The notes beneath the pieces were generated by a model. It worked only from the letters and a program-made list of their open reading frames with translations, was not told where the DNA came from and searched no databases. The translations under genes were made by a program, and so were the position numbers. Positions 12,298 through 22,965 of a stretch of DNA of 64,000 bases are shown piece by piece. The first letter of the stretch is position 1, and every line of letters starts with the position of its first letter. Source of the stretch: Schizochytrium sp. TIO01 (taxonomy: Eukaryota > Protista > Bigyra: Labyrinthulomycetes); contig SMSO01000014.1 in NCBI GenBank assembly GCA_004764695.1, positions 1,979,648 through 2,043,647 of the forward strand, written 5' to 3'.

Positions 12298-13251
12298 ATG
12301 GCTAGGAGCCAAAACAGAAATCCTGTTCATGCTACTGATGTGAAAAGTTGCGTTTGTAAGATCAAGAGAGCCCTGATCGACCATGAGCACATCGGCCTAA
12401 TCAGAAGCGGGATTCAAGGCAGCATTGATGGCTCTTTAATCAACAAGGCACAGAACATGGGGAATGGGAAGCCCCAGAGACATCTTCTTTGGGGAGCGAG
12501 AAGTGTTATTGCAAGATGCAGTTTTATCCAACTTACCCATGCACTAATAATTATGCTCTCAATTCTGCATGTGGTGACAGCGGTGGATGTAATTAACGTG
12601 CAAAGTCAGGAGGTTGCGTATGCAGTGCAGACTGCGCTGGAGGAACTTCGCAAGGCGTCAGATTCAGGCGTCTATGAAACACTAGAACTAATTCAAGTGC
12701 GAGGTGCCACAGCGCGCGAAGGACGTTTTCATCGCATTCTTGAGCTAGAGCTTGACCTTGCTAGTCAGCATCTTGCTAGCGGGACCTTTTCAACTCAAGT
12801 TATTGTGATGAAGGATACAAATGACAGCAATGGAGGCCCAGAAATAATAAGAAGCGTTGCAATTAGCGAGTTACCAGAGTTTCCTCCTCATGTAGTTGAA
12901 GCTTTTCAGCGAAAAAGTATGAAGAGGGCCGCTTCCCGCCGCGAAAATCTCTATGCGGAAATTGAGCGAGAGTATTTAGAGTCTCAGCGACTAACCGCAG
13001 AACTTTCCAGCGTACCGGAGCAAATTTCAGTGCAACTTGGAATAGCAGCGATTACAGGTGCTCAGCATGAGGTTCTAGAAGCTCTTGCAACCCGTACACT
13101 ACTTGATGTGAAACAGTTGCCCCAAACATCTTTGGAGCTGAGGTATTTGATTGATGGCATTATCCAAGATCGCCTGAATAGATTACAAGCCATGGAAGCT
13201 GGCAGCTACAATCCTCGAAAGCCTGTAGTATTAAACTCTGTTGGTCCCTAA
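12298..13251 (+). CDS. Hypothetical protein with a hydrophobic signal/TM segment followed by a possible cystatin-like alpha/beta domain
   Basis: 317-aa ORF from the first ATG (an alternative start is 12457). The hydrophobic stretch FIQLTHALIIMLSILHVVTA is followed by a helix (EVAYAVQTALEELRKAS) and alternating strands (LELIQVRGAT, HRILELELDL, TQVIVMK). The fold call is inference only. Confidence 0.7.
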   Translation: MARSQNRNPVHATDVKSCVCKIKRALIDHEHIGLIRSGIQGSIDGSLINKAQNMGNGKPQRHLLWGARSVIARCSFIQLTHALIIMLSILHVVTAVDVINVQSQEVAYAVQTALEELRKASDSGVYETLELIQVRGATAREGRFHRILELELDLASQHLASGTFSTQVIVMKDTNDSNGGPEIIRSVAISELPEFPPHVVEAFQRKSMKRAASRRENLYAEIEREYLESQRLTAELSSVPEQISVQLGIAAITGAQHEVLEALATRTLLDVKQLPQTSLELRYLIDGIIQDRLNRLQAMEAGSYNPRKPVVLNSVGP

Positions 13252-13932
13252 ACCTCACAAATAAAGCATCTGTGGCATTATCGTTGTTAACTTTAGAGAA
13301 CGTTAAATCTTGAAAGAGTGACAGATAAATCTGGGACTAACATAAGCAATGTATTGAGCACAAACTAAACAAAGATCCAGAATAATCCATCACGCTTGTA
13401 GTCTTCCATATGGAGGTGAAATTGACTCTCGTTATAATTTGAGTAAAGCAGATATCCTTGTTGCCAAGTCAATTCTTCAATACATTTAAAATATGTGATA
13501 TAAAACATGTAGAAAAAAATATTTCATGTTCAATTAATCTTAATTTTTTAAAGGTTTCAATTTTCCATGATACATCCATAGAAATAAAAAACGGGTTGCA
13601 ACGTAATCCTTGCCTGAAGATGAAATTGAGTTTCGCTTGGAAAGTAAAGGTTTAAAAGAGAGGATTGCCATCATAATTTGCTCCGGAAATGTCGTAACTA
13701 GCTATTCACGATATGATAGATGTTTCTTGAAGTTATGGGTCATTGTAAAAAGCTTTGCAAACCAGTAGCATAAACAGAGGAAAAGATATTTGAGCATTAG
13801 AAAACAGAAGATGAGTCAGATTAGAACTCGAACCTTTGAAATAGTGAAGAAACCATACGAGGCAGAGAGGATATGGGAAGGAAAAAGTGAGAGTTGCGAG
13901 GAGAATTTATAGAGATAGTTGAGTAGCACAGC

Positions 13933-16548
13933 TTATGGCCGATGCTTAGAAGCTGGTGCTGACGGCCTTGATTCAGTAGAGGGTGCAGAAACCTTGCTTC
14001 CCGACTTGAAAAAGCTGTTCACTTGAGTTGAACCATATTCGTGAGTGTCATCTTCAGAGTCACTTGCATCAGTAGCAAACTCAGATGCGCGTGTAGGGTA
14101 CATTTCAGCAAAAGAAATCGAAGGTGGCTGATGACGGAGAGCAGTGGCAACATCTGTGTCTTCACGATTGAACTTTGTTTCCTTGGATGTACGAATAGAA
14201 GACGAGTTCTCGTTAGAGTTGGAGTAGTTGTTTGACTTATCAGAGTTGGAGGTGTTGATGATTTGAAGTTGACGCATTTTGGGAATAAGAATAAGGCCAG
14301 TGAGAACACCGTTGGAAATACAAACAATCATGCCAAAGACCAAGAAACGAATGCTTGTCTCAGCAGCGGCGACAGCAAAGATAACAGGAATACCAAGCAG
14401 GTATAGCTGGAGCATACTTGCAACAGCCATAAAGATATAACTGCTTTCCTGGAATGTCTTATCAACATGACGGCACTTAAAAGCCATAGCAACGCATCCG
14501 ATCAGCTTCAAACCGTTTTTGCAAAAGATGATTGCCATAAAGATTGTGGCAATATTTGTGTAGTCAGTGCAAACACCATGCGAGCTTAGGACATTGCCGT
14601 ATGAATCAATGCTATCATCGACACGTGCCCAATGGCGAGGTTCCAAGGAAAACCACGTGATCACGACTACACTAGTGATTCCAAGAAGCGAAGCAATGAA
14701 CCAGTAAAGATCCTGGTTGCGGATCCGCATACTACGGAGATTCGGGTTGTTGAAGATCCGCATAATACGGTACAGCTTCGCCATGAGGGCACCGTAAATA
14801 ATTGTGTTTCCATATGTCCACAGTGCAATCCATGCATTGCATGAAAAGTTAAGGCCGAACTGCGAGGTGACAATACCTTCATCAATGCCAAGGGGGATGA
14901 CAGAGGATGTAGAGATCATCACACCTATGAGACTGATAATGAGGAAGTGAGGCTGTGACTTGACAATAACCTTCGCATGCCTGTTCGCACGGACCCAGAA
15001 CACGAAGAAAATGCACATTAGCTCAACAACAACCATGAGAGCCCAAACAAGACCACGCAGGCCCTGGAGAATAAGGTTCAGATCTTCGCCTGCGTAGTAA
15101 GTGTCATCTGGAATAGTTGTTGTGTTACCAGGGAAGAGAATTGAATCCGAGACCATCCAGGAAGAACCGGTCCAGAAACCAGCGCGGTCGAAGGCAAGAT
15201 TATCGCCATAATAGATAACAGAAGCGAGCTCGTATTGGATTGAGGTGACATTGCGAGTGCCAGTGCTTTCGTCTACCACAATTTGCCCGGTCAAACCACT
15301 AAAGTTGAAGGAACTATCCGTAATCATTGAAAGGACATTTTCAATCGTAGTAACATTGCCGTCAAATGCTTGATATGCTAGGCAGTATGCTCTGCATGTT
15401 GCAGCAACAGCATCAAAGCTCATTGAAACGTCAGTTAGGAGATCCCGGCCGCTCGAGTAATTGAAAAATGACGCGTCGACTACTCGCTCGCTGTAGCTAC
15501 CGCGTCTGGGCTGGAGAAACTTAGAGCCCAAGGGAAGACGTGCGTTGACATATTCGAGGAAGGCAGAGTCGCTCGCCAGGGCAGTCCATTGAGCAAGAAA
15601 GTTTTGAGTCACAGTAGTATCGAGAGCTCTGTCAAGAACAATGTGTTGCTGATAGAGGAGTGCTTGCTTGTGAGCTTCTGAGGTAGCTGCAATGGCAGCC
15701 AGTTCACTACGCGTAACGACGTCCATGAAGATAATTAGCTTGCCCTCATCCATCATACCGTTTTCCACAGCATAGTCGACGAGGTTGACTAGGTCATCAC
15801 CATAAGCCACAATAAGCACAATGTTAAGATCGGCCTCGTTCAGAGTTGCCATTGCTTCATACGCCTCGGATTCACTATACATTGTAAAACCCTGAGAGTA
15901 CAAAGAAATTCCTTGGTCAATGAAGTGCTCGTTGAGCGAGTCACGGTATGCAGTGCCGTAGGTATCCTCCAGGTATACGAGGCCAACATTTTCAAAGCCA
16001 TAATACTTCATCAGCTTTGCAGTAACTTTAGCGGTATCATCATCAGTGGGGATGACACGGTAGAAGTTGCCATATTCTTCACGACTAGAGAGGTCGTCCG
16101 CAGTCGCTTCAGGAGAGATAATGCCAATGTTTTCAGAAGAGGCAATTAGAGACAGCGGTACAGCAGAAACAGACCGCTGGGGACCAACGACAAAGTCGGT
16201 TGTACCTTCATTGATACCTGCGAGAAAAGCTTGCACGGCGCTCGCCGCGTCGAACTGAGAGTCTGTAGCGCTAAAAGTAATGTTGAGATCAGGGCAAATG
16301 GATGACATTTCGCTAAACTCAGAAATGACTGTGCTGATCTGGTTTTCGCACATGTAAGCCGCCATGCTCATTGCCACATTTGCATCCTCATCATCAAGGG
16401 AGTACTGCGTGAATTTGCTGTCTTCAAAGCTGCCGTGAACACCCATCAACTGAACATTCACTGCCTGAGCTGCGACGGCAAGGACTGCGACGACAACAAT
16501 AAATGCTTGAATCACCATTGGAGGAGTCATCGCGCTGTTTGGCCTCAT
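13933..16548 (-). CDS. Class C G-protein-coupled receptor (GABA-B-like, VFT + 7TM_3), paralog 2
   Basis: First ATG at 16548 (MRPNSAMTPPMVIQAFIVVVAVLAVAAQA, signal peptide). Motifs include VVGPQRSVSA, SPEATADDLSSREEYGNFYRVIPTD, VIVKSQPHFL, YGALMAKLYRIMRIF and FQESSYI. It is collinear with paralog 1 over its full length. Confidence 0.9.
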   Translation of the reverse strand: MRPNSAMTPPMVIQAFIVVVAVLAVAAQAVNVQLMGVHGSFEDSKFTQYSLDDEDANVAMSMAAYMCENQISTVISEFSEMSSICPDLNITFSATDSQFDAASAVQAFLAGINEGTTDFVVGPQRSVSAVPLSLIASSENIGIISPEATADDLSSREEYGNFYRVIPTDDDTAKVTAKLMKYYGFENVGLVYLEDTYGTAYRDSLNEHFIDQGISLYSQGFTMYSESEAYEAMATLNEADLNIVLIVAYGDDLVNLVDYAVENGMMDEGKLIIFMDVVTRSELAAIAATSEAHKQALLYQQHIVLDRALDTTVTQNFLAQWTALASDSAFLEYVNARLPLGSKFLQPRRGSYSERVVDASFFNYSSGRDLLTDVSMSFDAVAATCRAYCLAYQAFDGNVTTIENVLSMITDSSFNFSGLTGQIVVDESTGTRNVTSIQYELASVIYYGDNLAFDRAGFWTGSSWMVSDSILFPGNTTTIPDDTYYAGEDLNLILQGLRGLVWALMVVVELMCIFFVFWVRANRHAKVIVKSQPHFLIISLIGVMISTSSVIPLGIDEGIVTSQFGLNFSCNAWIALWTYGNTIIYGALMAKLYRIMRIFNNPNLRSMRIRNQDLYWFIASLLGITSVVVITWFSLEPRHWARVDDSIDSYGNVLSSHGVCTDYTNIATIFMAIIFCKNGLKLIGCVAMAFKCRHVDKTFQESSYIFMAVASMLQLYLLGIPVIFAVAAAETSIRFLVFGMIVCISNGVLTGLILIPKMRQLQIINTSNSDKSNNYSNSNENSSSIRTSKETKFNREDTDVATALRHQPPSISFAEMYPTRASEFATDASDSEDDTHEYGSTQVNSFFKSGSKVSAPSTESRPSAPASKHRP

Positions 16549-19500
16549 TGCAACCGGAATTATGTGATTGGGGTTTGCTGCCTTGCCGACCGCTTTGCTA
16601 TGCCAGAAGAAATGCCCACAATAGTAAACGTGCACACAGTGCGTATTTGGTACAATTCCCTTTTAGCTGCTTCCCTTCTTTTCAATTGTTTAATTTAAAA
16701 AAAAAAAAAAAATTAAAAAAAAAAGTAGCTGTGTTTTTCTGAGTGGTGTCCAGACGCCCAGAGCTAGTTGCTCAATACAAAAAGCCCAAGACAAATGAAT
16801 AACTGCTTGACTGGCTTGCCGAGATTGAGCTCGAGCTTTGCAAAACCCACCTTAGCCGTGACTAAGCCGCTGGATAAGCAACAAGAGTTCTATATTTCCT
16901 GTAGTTGCTTGCAGTCCAAAGCTTCACTCGTTCGAGCAGAAGTAGATTTTGGTCTTAGAAATCACCGCCCATCAATTGACGGAAAAACACGACGAGCGAG
17001 TGAGCGAGTGAGCGAATGAGCGAGGTATGTTCCCTCGGCTCGCTTGCTTCGACGTGTGGAGTTGAGGGCCGGGCTCGATAACTGTCTTCGGTTTCAAGGC
17101 CTAACTGTTCGACTGTCTGTCCACTGCTGCTGCTGCTGTTGCGCTGCTGTAAAAAGAAGAATGCAAAACAGAGGAGAAGTCACCCGCGAGGCCTCCGATT
17201 GCAGGCACCGAAGCACGCACTGCTGCTGGCTGAGCAAAGCAATCAGGGTTTGCTGCTTCGATTGCAGAGGCCACAGCAAGTTTTAGAGGAGCACCAGAGC
17301 GATAGGGAATTACTGGATTAGCTTGTCTGGTTTCTTTCTTTGTCTTGTTTGTCTGTCTGTCTTTGTTGTTTCCTGTTTGCTTAATTTTTCTTTGATTTTT
17401 CTTTCTTGTTTCTCGTTCTCTTGTAACTAATCTTGACATTTTTTTAACAAAGGAAGGGAATGGAAGGGAATGGAGGGGACTTCCTTTCTTTGTCAACAGA
17501 GAGCGAGCGAGCTCGTGGCCACGGCGGGTTCTCCTTAGTTCACTCGCTCGAGTTGTGCACCGCGGAGTTTTACTATTTTCATGTAAGATGTATTATTTTA
17601 ATAAAAATAAAATAAAAATAAATAGAATAATTTGTTTTCAAAGCCTTCCTGGAAAAGAAAAACAGTTTCTGTTCTGAGAACATTTTTCTCAAATCAAACA
17701 GCCAAAAAAAGGACGAACTAAAATCTCAACACATCCGGCGATTGCTGTGGAATTGGATACAGACAGCCTCGATGGCGAGTGAACTTGTGTAGGTATCGCC
17801 CAATGTTCCCGCTCCTCTACGCAGCATTACACTGCACATCTGGCAGCAACTCCGAGCTTTAGAGGGAGGAGTTGGATTGAACGCGAGTATTTGTTTAATC
17901 CTTTTCAAAAGAAAAAGCGCCATTTTCCATGCTTCCGTAAAAAGACAAATGAAAAACATTTTAATCTACGACTCTTCTAAAGGCTTTGCAACGACATAAT
18001 AGCAGTAGACAAAGCGAATCACTCCCTCGCTGGAAAACGTGGCTGGCTAGTCGCGATGGATGCGTTTCGAGATTGGACGGCACAACCAAAGGTGGCATTG
18101 CATAGTCCGGCTGATTACTCATGCCGCAATTCAGTTGCCCAGCAAACCATAACGCTGCAAAATAGGACGCCGGCAGCAGGATGAAGAAGATTTGAGACGC
18201 TGAGGAGATTGATTGACCACGAGAGCAGCGAAAGGACATCTTATTCTTCTTCACCGCTAGCATCTTTTTCAATCTCATCGCTCTCTGTGCCATCTATCTC
18301 TCCAGTCTCGCTCCGAGTTCGTGAGATTTGATTTCCTTATTTTAGAACAAAAGAACATCGCGCTTTTAAAGCTTAAAAGAGTGATTGTTTGTGTACGCGC
18401 CTGAACTTTGACTCTGTAACAATTTACCAAAGAGTGTGAGGCTGTACTAATTATAGATTATAGTTAGGAAAACCAGCGTAAACTCTTGCGAGAGTAGAGA
18501 CACTACTAAACAATCAGCATAGAATGCGCTATCGAAATATGTAACGAGTGCTGGCAGAACAATCAACAATCGAAACTAGAGTAGGAACGGGAACTTTTTC
18601 TTTCGTCTCTCCGGCCTAAGAGTTAAATCTAAGTGTGCCTATATGCACGCGCACCTGGATCGATATGCCCATCATTCTTCTGTTTTCCACCAGTCAGTCT
18701 CATTATTTTTAAAAGTAAAAATCGCAGTGTAGCAGGTCCGAAAGCTTTACTTTGATGAATTTAGCTTTTTTTTGCTTTTTTTTTTTTATTTTTTAAAAAA
18801 ATTCATTTTTATAAGTATTTAAAAAAAAAAAAATCAACATATTCATGAGCCTGCAATTGAAAAGAAAAAGAATCCGAAATCATGATTTCCTGGACATTGG
18901 ACACCGCCACGGTAGAAACAGGACAAGAAAAGTCAGGTGAGATTGCCGCGACTCAGGGTGCCTAGAAATGTTTCCAACTACATGAAGATTCACGCTGTCC
19001 TGATACCGAATTATCTTGATTATAACGCTGTTGCAGTGCAAGCGCTTGCATGGACTTGACGAATGAGCAATTAGGCACTCCAGAAAGTTTTGATGCAAAG
19101 GAAATGTGTAATCATTCTACTGGAACACATCGTTTTTATCTAAATATTGCATGAGATAGAGCACAATCCATATAAATTAATCCTGGGCGAGTTTCAAAGA
19201 CCGTCATGGTTCTTTGGGTGGTTCTGTATGGCATGAAAAACGAAGTAGGTACACGGCTGCCAGCCTACCGGTGGCTCGTTGTGCTAGGTATGATGACGGA
19301 GCAAGCTAGGATGTCGAAGTTGCTGACGATGCTCTGAATGTAGAAAGTTTCCAACTTCACCATGCCCTGACTTTGCTTCCATCGAAATTGCTGCCAATCA
19401 GAATAGAATTTAGATACGAGCTAGCAATGTTATTAGGAAACCAGGACATACATACCTACTAATCAAATGCAAAGAGCAACACTCCAACTCGGTCCATGTT

Positions 19501-22500
19501 TGTTATTCTCGAGTCGGAGACGAGATGGATGCAGTCTGCTTCAAGTACTATTCATTCCTCTGTATAAACATGTTGACAAAGAAAAATTATGCATTATAAA
19601 AGATGGAAAAAATGATCAGTTTTGGTAAATATAGTCAAGAAACCTGGAGTTACTTGGAGGCTTCTCCGTGAGAAAACTTGCGACCAATTAAATTAGAGGT
19701 TGGAGTGCAAGAAGTTGTTTTTTTGCCCGTGCGCAATTCGTGCAAATTTCTGAAACGAGCACCGCAGTATTGGTTACATCGGTAACCAGCAACAGAATGT
19801 CCAATAGCAAGCAAGCGTCTGTAAGTTTCATCGTGGTGTTCACCGCCCAAACGCCTGCCATTTGTTTATGGTTTCTCCTCCCCATCTCAAGCCATTGACC
19901 CTTCGAACTCCATCTTTCATTCGATGGCTTTTTTGCGACGTTGAGAATGATGATGATGATGATGCTATCCATACACACATTTTTCAATTACTCTGCTGTG
20001 GTGATTAGTTATCCTATAACTAGCTAGTCCTGGTTCCCTATTTGTAGAAAGAAGACGAACGGTTTTTTTAATAAACTTCCTGCTCCTTCCCGAAAGCACA
20101 TTCCACGTGCTACACGCGCTGTCCAAAAGCTATCGCGACATGGCCCCAAAACCACCTCCGCTATTGGTCAGCAGACAAAACAAACGACACCGCACCTCGC
20201 GTCGTACTCTCCAAGCTCTAAAAAATTGAATTCGGGCGCAGCACCAGCTCCGAGTCTATCTTGAGCTGCGAGTTCAAGCTTCTCCGCCCGCATTCTAGTC
20301 GGTCCTCGGTGAGCTCTGTTTGCTCCCGCTGTAATCAATTATTTATGAAATTGTTATTTTTTTAATGATTGAGACTTGAAGATGTATAGTGGTATAGGTG
20401 TTACTTTAAAAGTCCGAATCCGCCAAGCGTCTTGCAAAGTCTAAGTATCATATTTTAAAACCCATCTTATATCAATCCTCCGACCTGAATGTGAAAGCAG
20501 CAGTTCCTACACAAACGCAGTCGCCACACGTGAAACTCCAGAGCGAAGCCTGTACTATGTCAGTACGTCGATGCCAACCCCCTTTTAAACTTTTTTATTT
20601 TAAGATTAAAATAACTTGAGCAATTATAACAAATTCAAAATACTACTAGTAATGATAATAGACAAGAAGCTCTACGTTCAAAGTTCCAACTGGAAGAAAA
20701 GCAATTAGTAGCCAGTCGCTGCAATAAAATCGAGTGAACAGAACACAGCCTTTCGTAGGTTTCCTAGCGAGCAGTCGTCACTTGAATGTGGCGCATCGCC
20801 TCGCAGCAACGCCGCAAACTTGCAACCAGGCGCTTGTTATACTAATGAATAAGGAGGCAACATTTTGTCATCTCTTGGTTGTGACATCTACCTGCATCTT
20901 GTCCATTATAATCCAGGCAAATACATTGAGTCCATTTAGTCTGTAATTCTCTTGAAAATAGCAAGATCCTTTTTTTTCCTTTTTCTCAAAAGAGGAGGAC
21001 TTTTCAGCATTACCCAAACTCTCTACCTATCTGAGTAATACTATATATATATGCCTTTAAAAAAAAAAATAAAAAATGATGAAAAGGCATGTTTTTTCCT
21101 CCTTTTCATTAAAATCAAACATGAAAGGCTTTTATTTATTTTTTAAATTAAAGTTCGAGAGAAAAGGAGACCTACATTTTTAGTTATGAATGTTTGTCAT
21201 TATCTAATTTGCAGGACCATTCGTTAGAAGCCAGCCTCGGCTGTCTCCTCCCGGCCACAATGCCCTTTCTTTGTTTAATTCTTCGTTTCGAAAGTTGGAT
21301 AGAGCCTAGCAAAGACCAATATTATTGCTTGCCTTCGAATTTCGTATGGTGGGAACGTGCATATGCTGCTCAGAATTTAATACAAGTTGAATATGGTATT
21401 TACAGTTTCAATGTGACCTTTGCTCTCTCTATAAGTCCTCCATTTCGAGAGCTTTCCTAATCGTTTGAGATATACATAAATGAAACTCATACACAAGGAC
21501 GGTGATAAAAATGGGAGATAATAGCGTTACACTCCATAAGGCCTATTGGATACCAAAATGCTGAGGTCGGTCCTTATTCTAATACTTCTCTTGCACATGT
21601 TGTCAAGTGACGTATAATTTTACTTATTCTCGCACGCAACATCTGTTCTGGGACGCCACGTATTTGCTGGATTTTCAGTGAGGCACGTGTGAAAAGAACA
21701 CGGGGAATGGAAATGAAGTAGCTATCCACGAGCCGGGCGCAACGTGGCCGCGGTAGCTTAGAGTTGAGCCCGGAGCCGGATGCTGCTTGTTTCTAGCATT
21801 TAAAACGGGCTTCAGGGACGTGCTCCACACCAGAGGAAGCAAGTATATTAGCATAATATCACTTTCATAAGGCAAGACAGGATGAGCCGCGCGAGTGCTT
21901 TAAGTGGGTGAGAGTGGATCGCAGCTTTACTCCTACAATACCCTCTTTGTGCCATCTTGTGGGAGCTGTGGGGATAGAGAGGGTGAAGATATGCCGCGCT
22001 AGAGCAGGGACTAGAAAGAAGGTTTCCAAACAAGTAAGATTAAAATATAGATATATGACAATAATTGCGAACTTGCGAAACCAGAGCCTTGCATATCAAA
22101 CTCATTGCGGGCAATCAGGAAAGAAATAGTCCATTGATTTGTCACAGTGAATATATGCGGATCAAGTTCGTCGAAACAGCAGCTGTGCAACTTACCTTCT
22201 AAATCAACTGTTGACTGAGTCAGGCTACTCACAAAGAAAAAGAATTTCAGGCTGGGTCAAAGTCTTTCGTAGGTTGGTCAGGGTGACCCTATTTCGTATA
22301 TCTAGACTTTTCTTTTCGAAATTTAATTCTGAATCATTCGTTATCTTTATTAAACACTTTATATTATTTTTAATTTAAATTTATTTTTGATATGCCCCAT
22401 ATATAGCTTTTTACAATTCTTTTCGAGCTATTCTCTTCTAGTTGCTGGCCGTTCCCCTTTACTCGAAACTACTACAACCTATGTACTAATTTCTTTGGCT

Positions 22501-22811
22501 GTGAACAAATGGAGTTTTGGTTAAGACGGTCTTTCGTGGCGATTTGCGCATGGCGTGAGTTTCTCTCTTCTTCTTTTTGCTTATGACATGGGATTTCGCA
22601 TCATGTTCTCTAATTTTTAATATTAAAGAGTAGAACCCTGAATATCCTCGCGTTCCTGGTGGTGCTTCTCTTTTCTATTTAAAAAAAAAAAAGGGTCTGA
22701 GGCGACATTGGCTAGCGCGGCGCAAACATCTCAAGTGTGTCCGAATAACAGGCTGCTTGGTTGGCATCAATACAAGCGTACGCCCCTTTGAACTTACACG
22801 GCCATACAAAA

Positions 22812-22965
22812 ATACATACATACATACATACATACATACATACATACATACATACATACATACATACATGCATACATACATACATACATACATACATACA
22901 TACATACATACATACATACATACATACATACATACATACATACATACATACATACATACATACAT
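22812..22965 (+). repeat. (CATA)n microsatellite, about 38 units with one CATG variant
   Basis: Directly visible. It generates the spurious MYVC/IHTY repeat ORFs. Confidence 0.97.

Noticed and set aside
13815-13860. GGTTCGAGTTC T-loop-like motif on the minus strand suggesting a tRNA
   Set aside because: No acceptor stem, D-arm or anticodon arm could be built around it.
19130-19200. ILHEIEHNPY, an HExxH metalloprotease-like motif
   Set aside because: It is flanked by stops with no supporting context, so it is likely a chance match.
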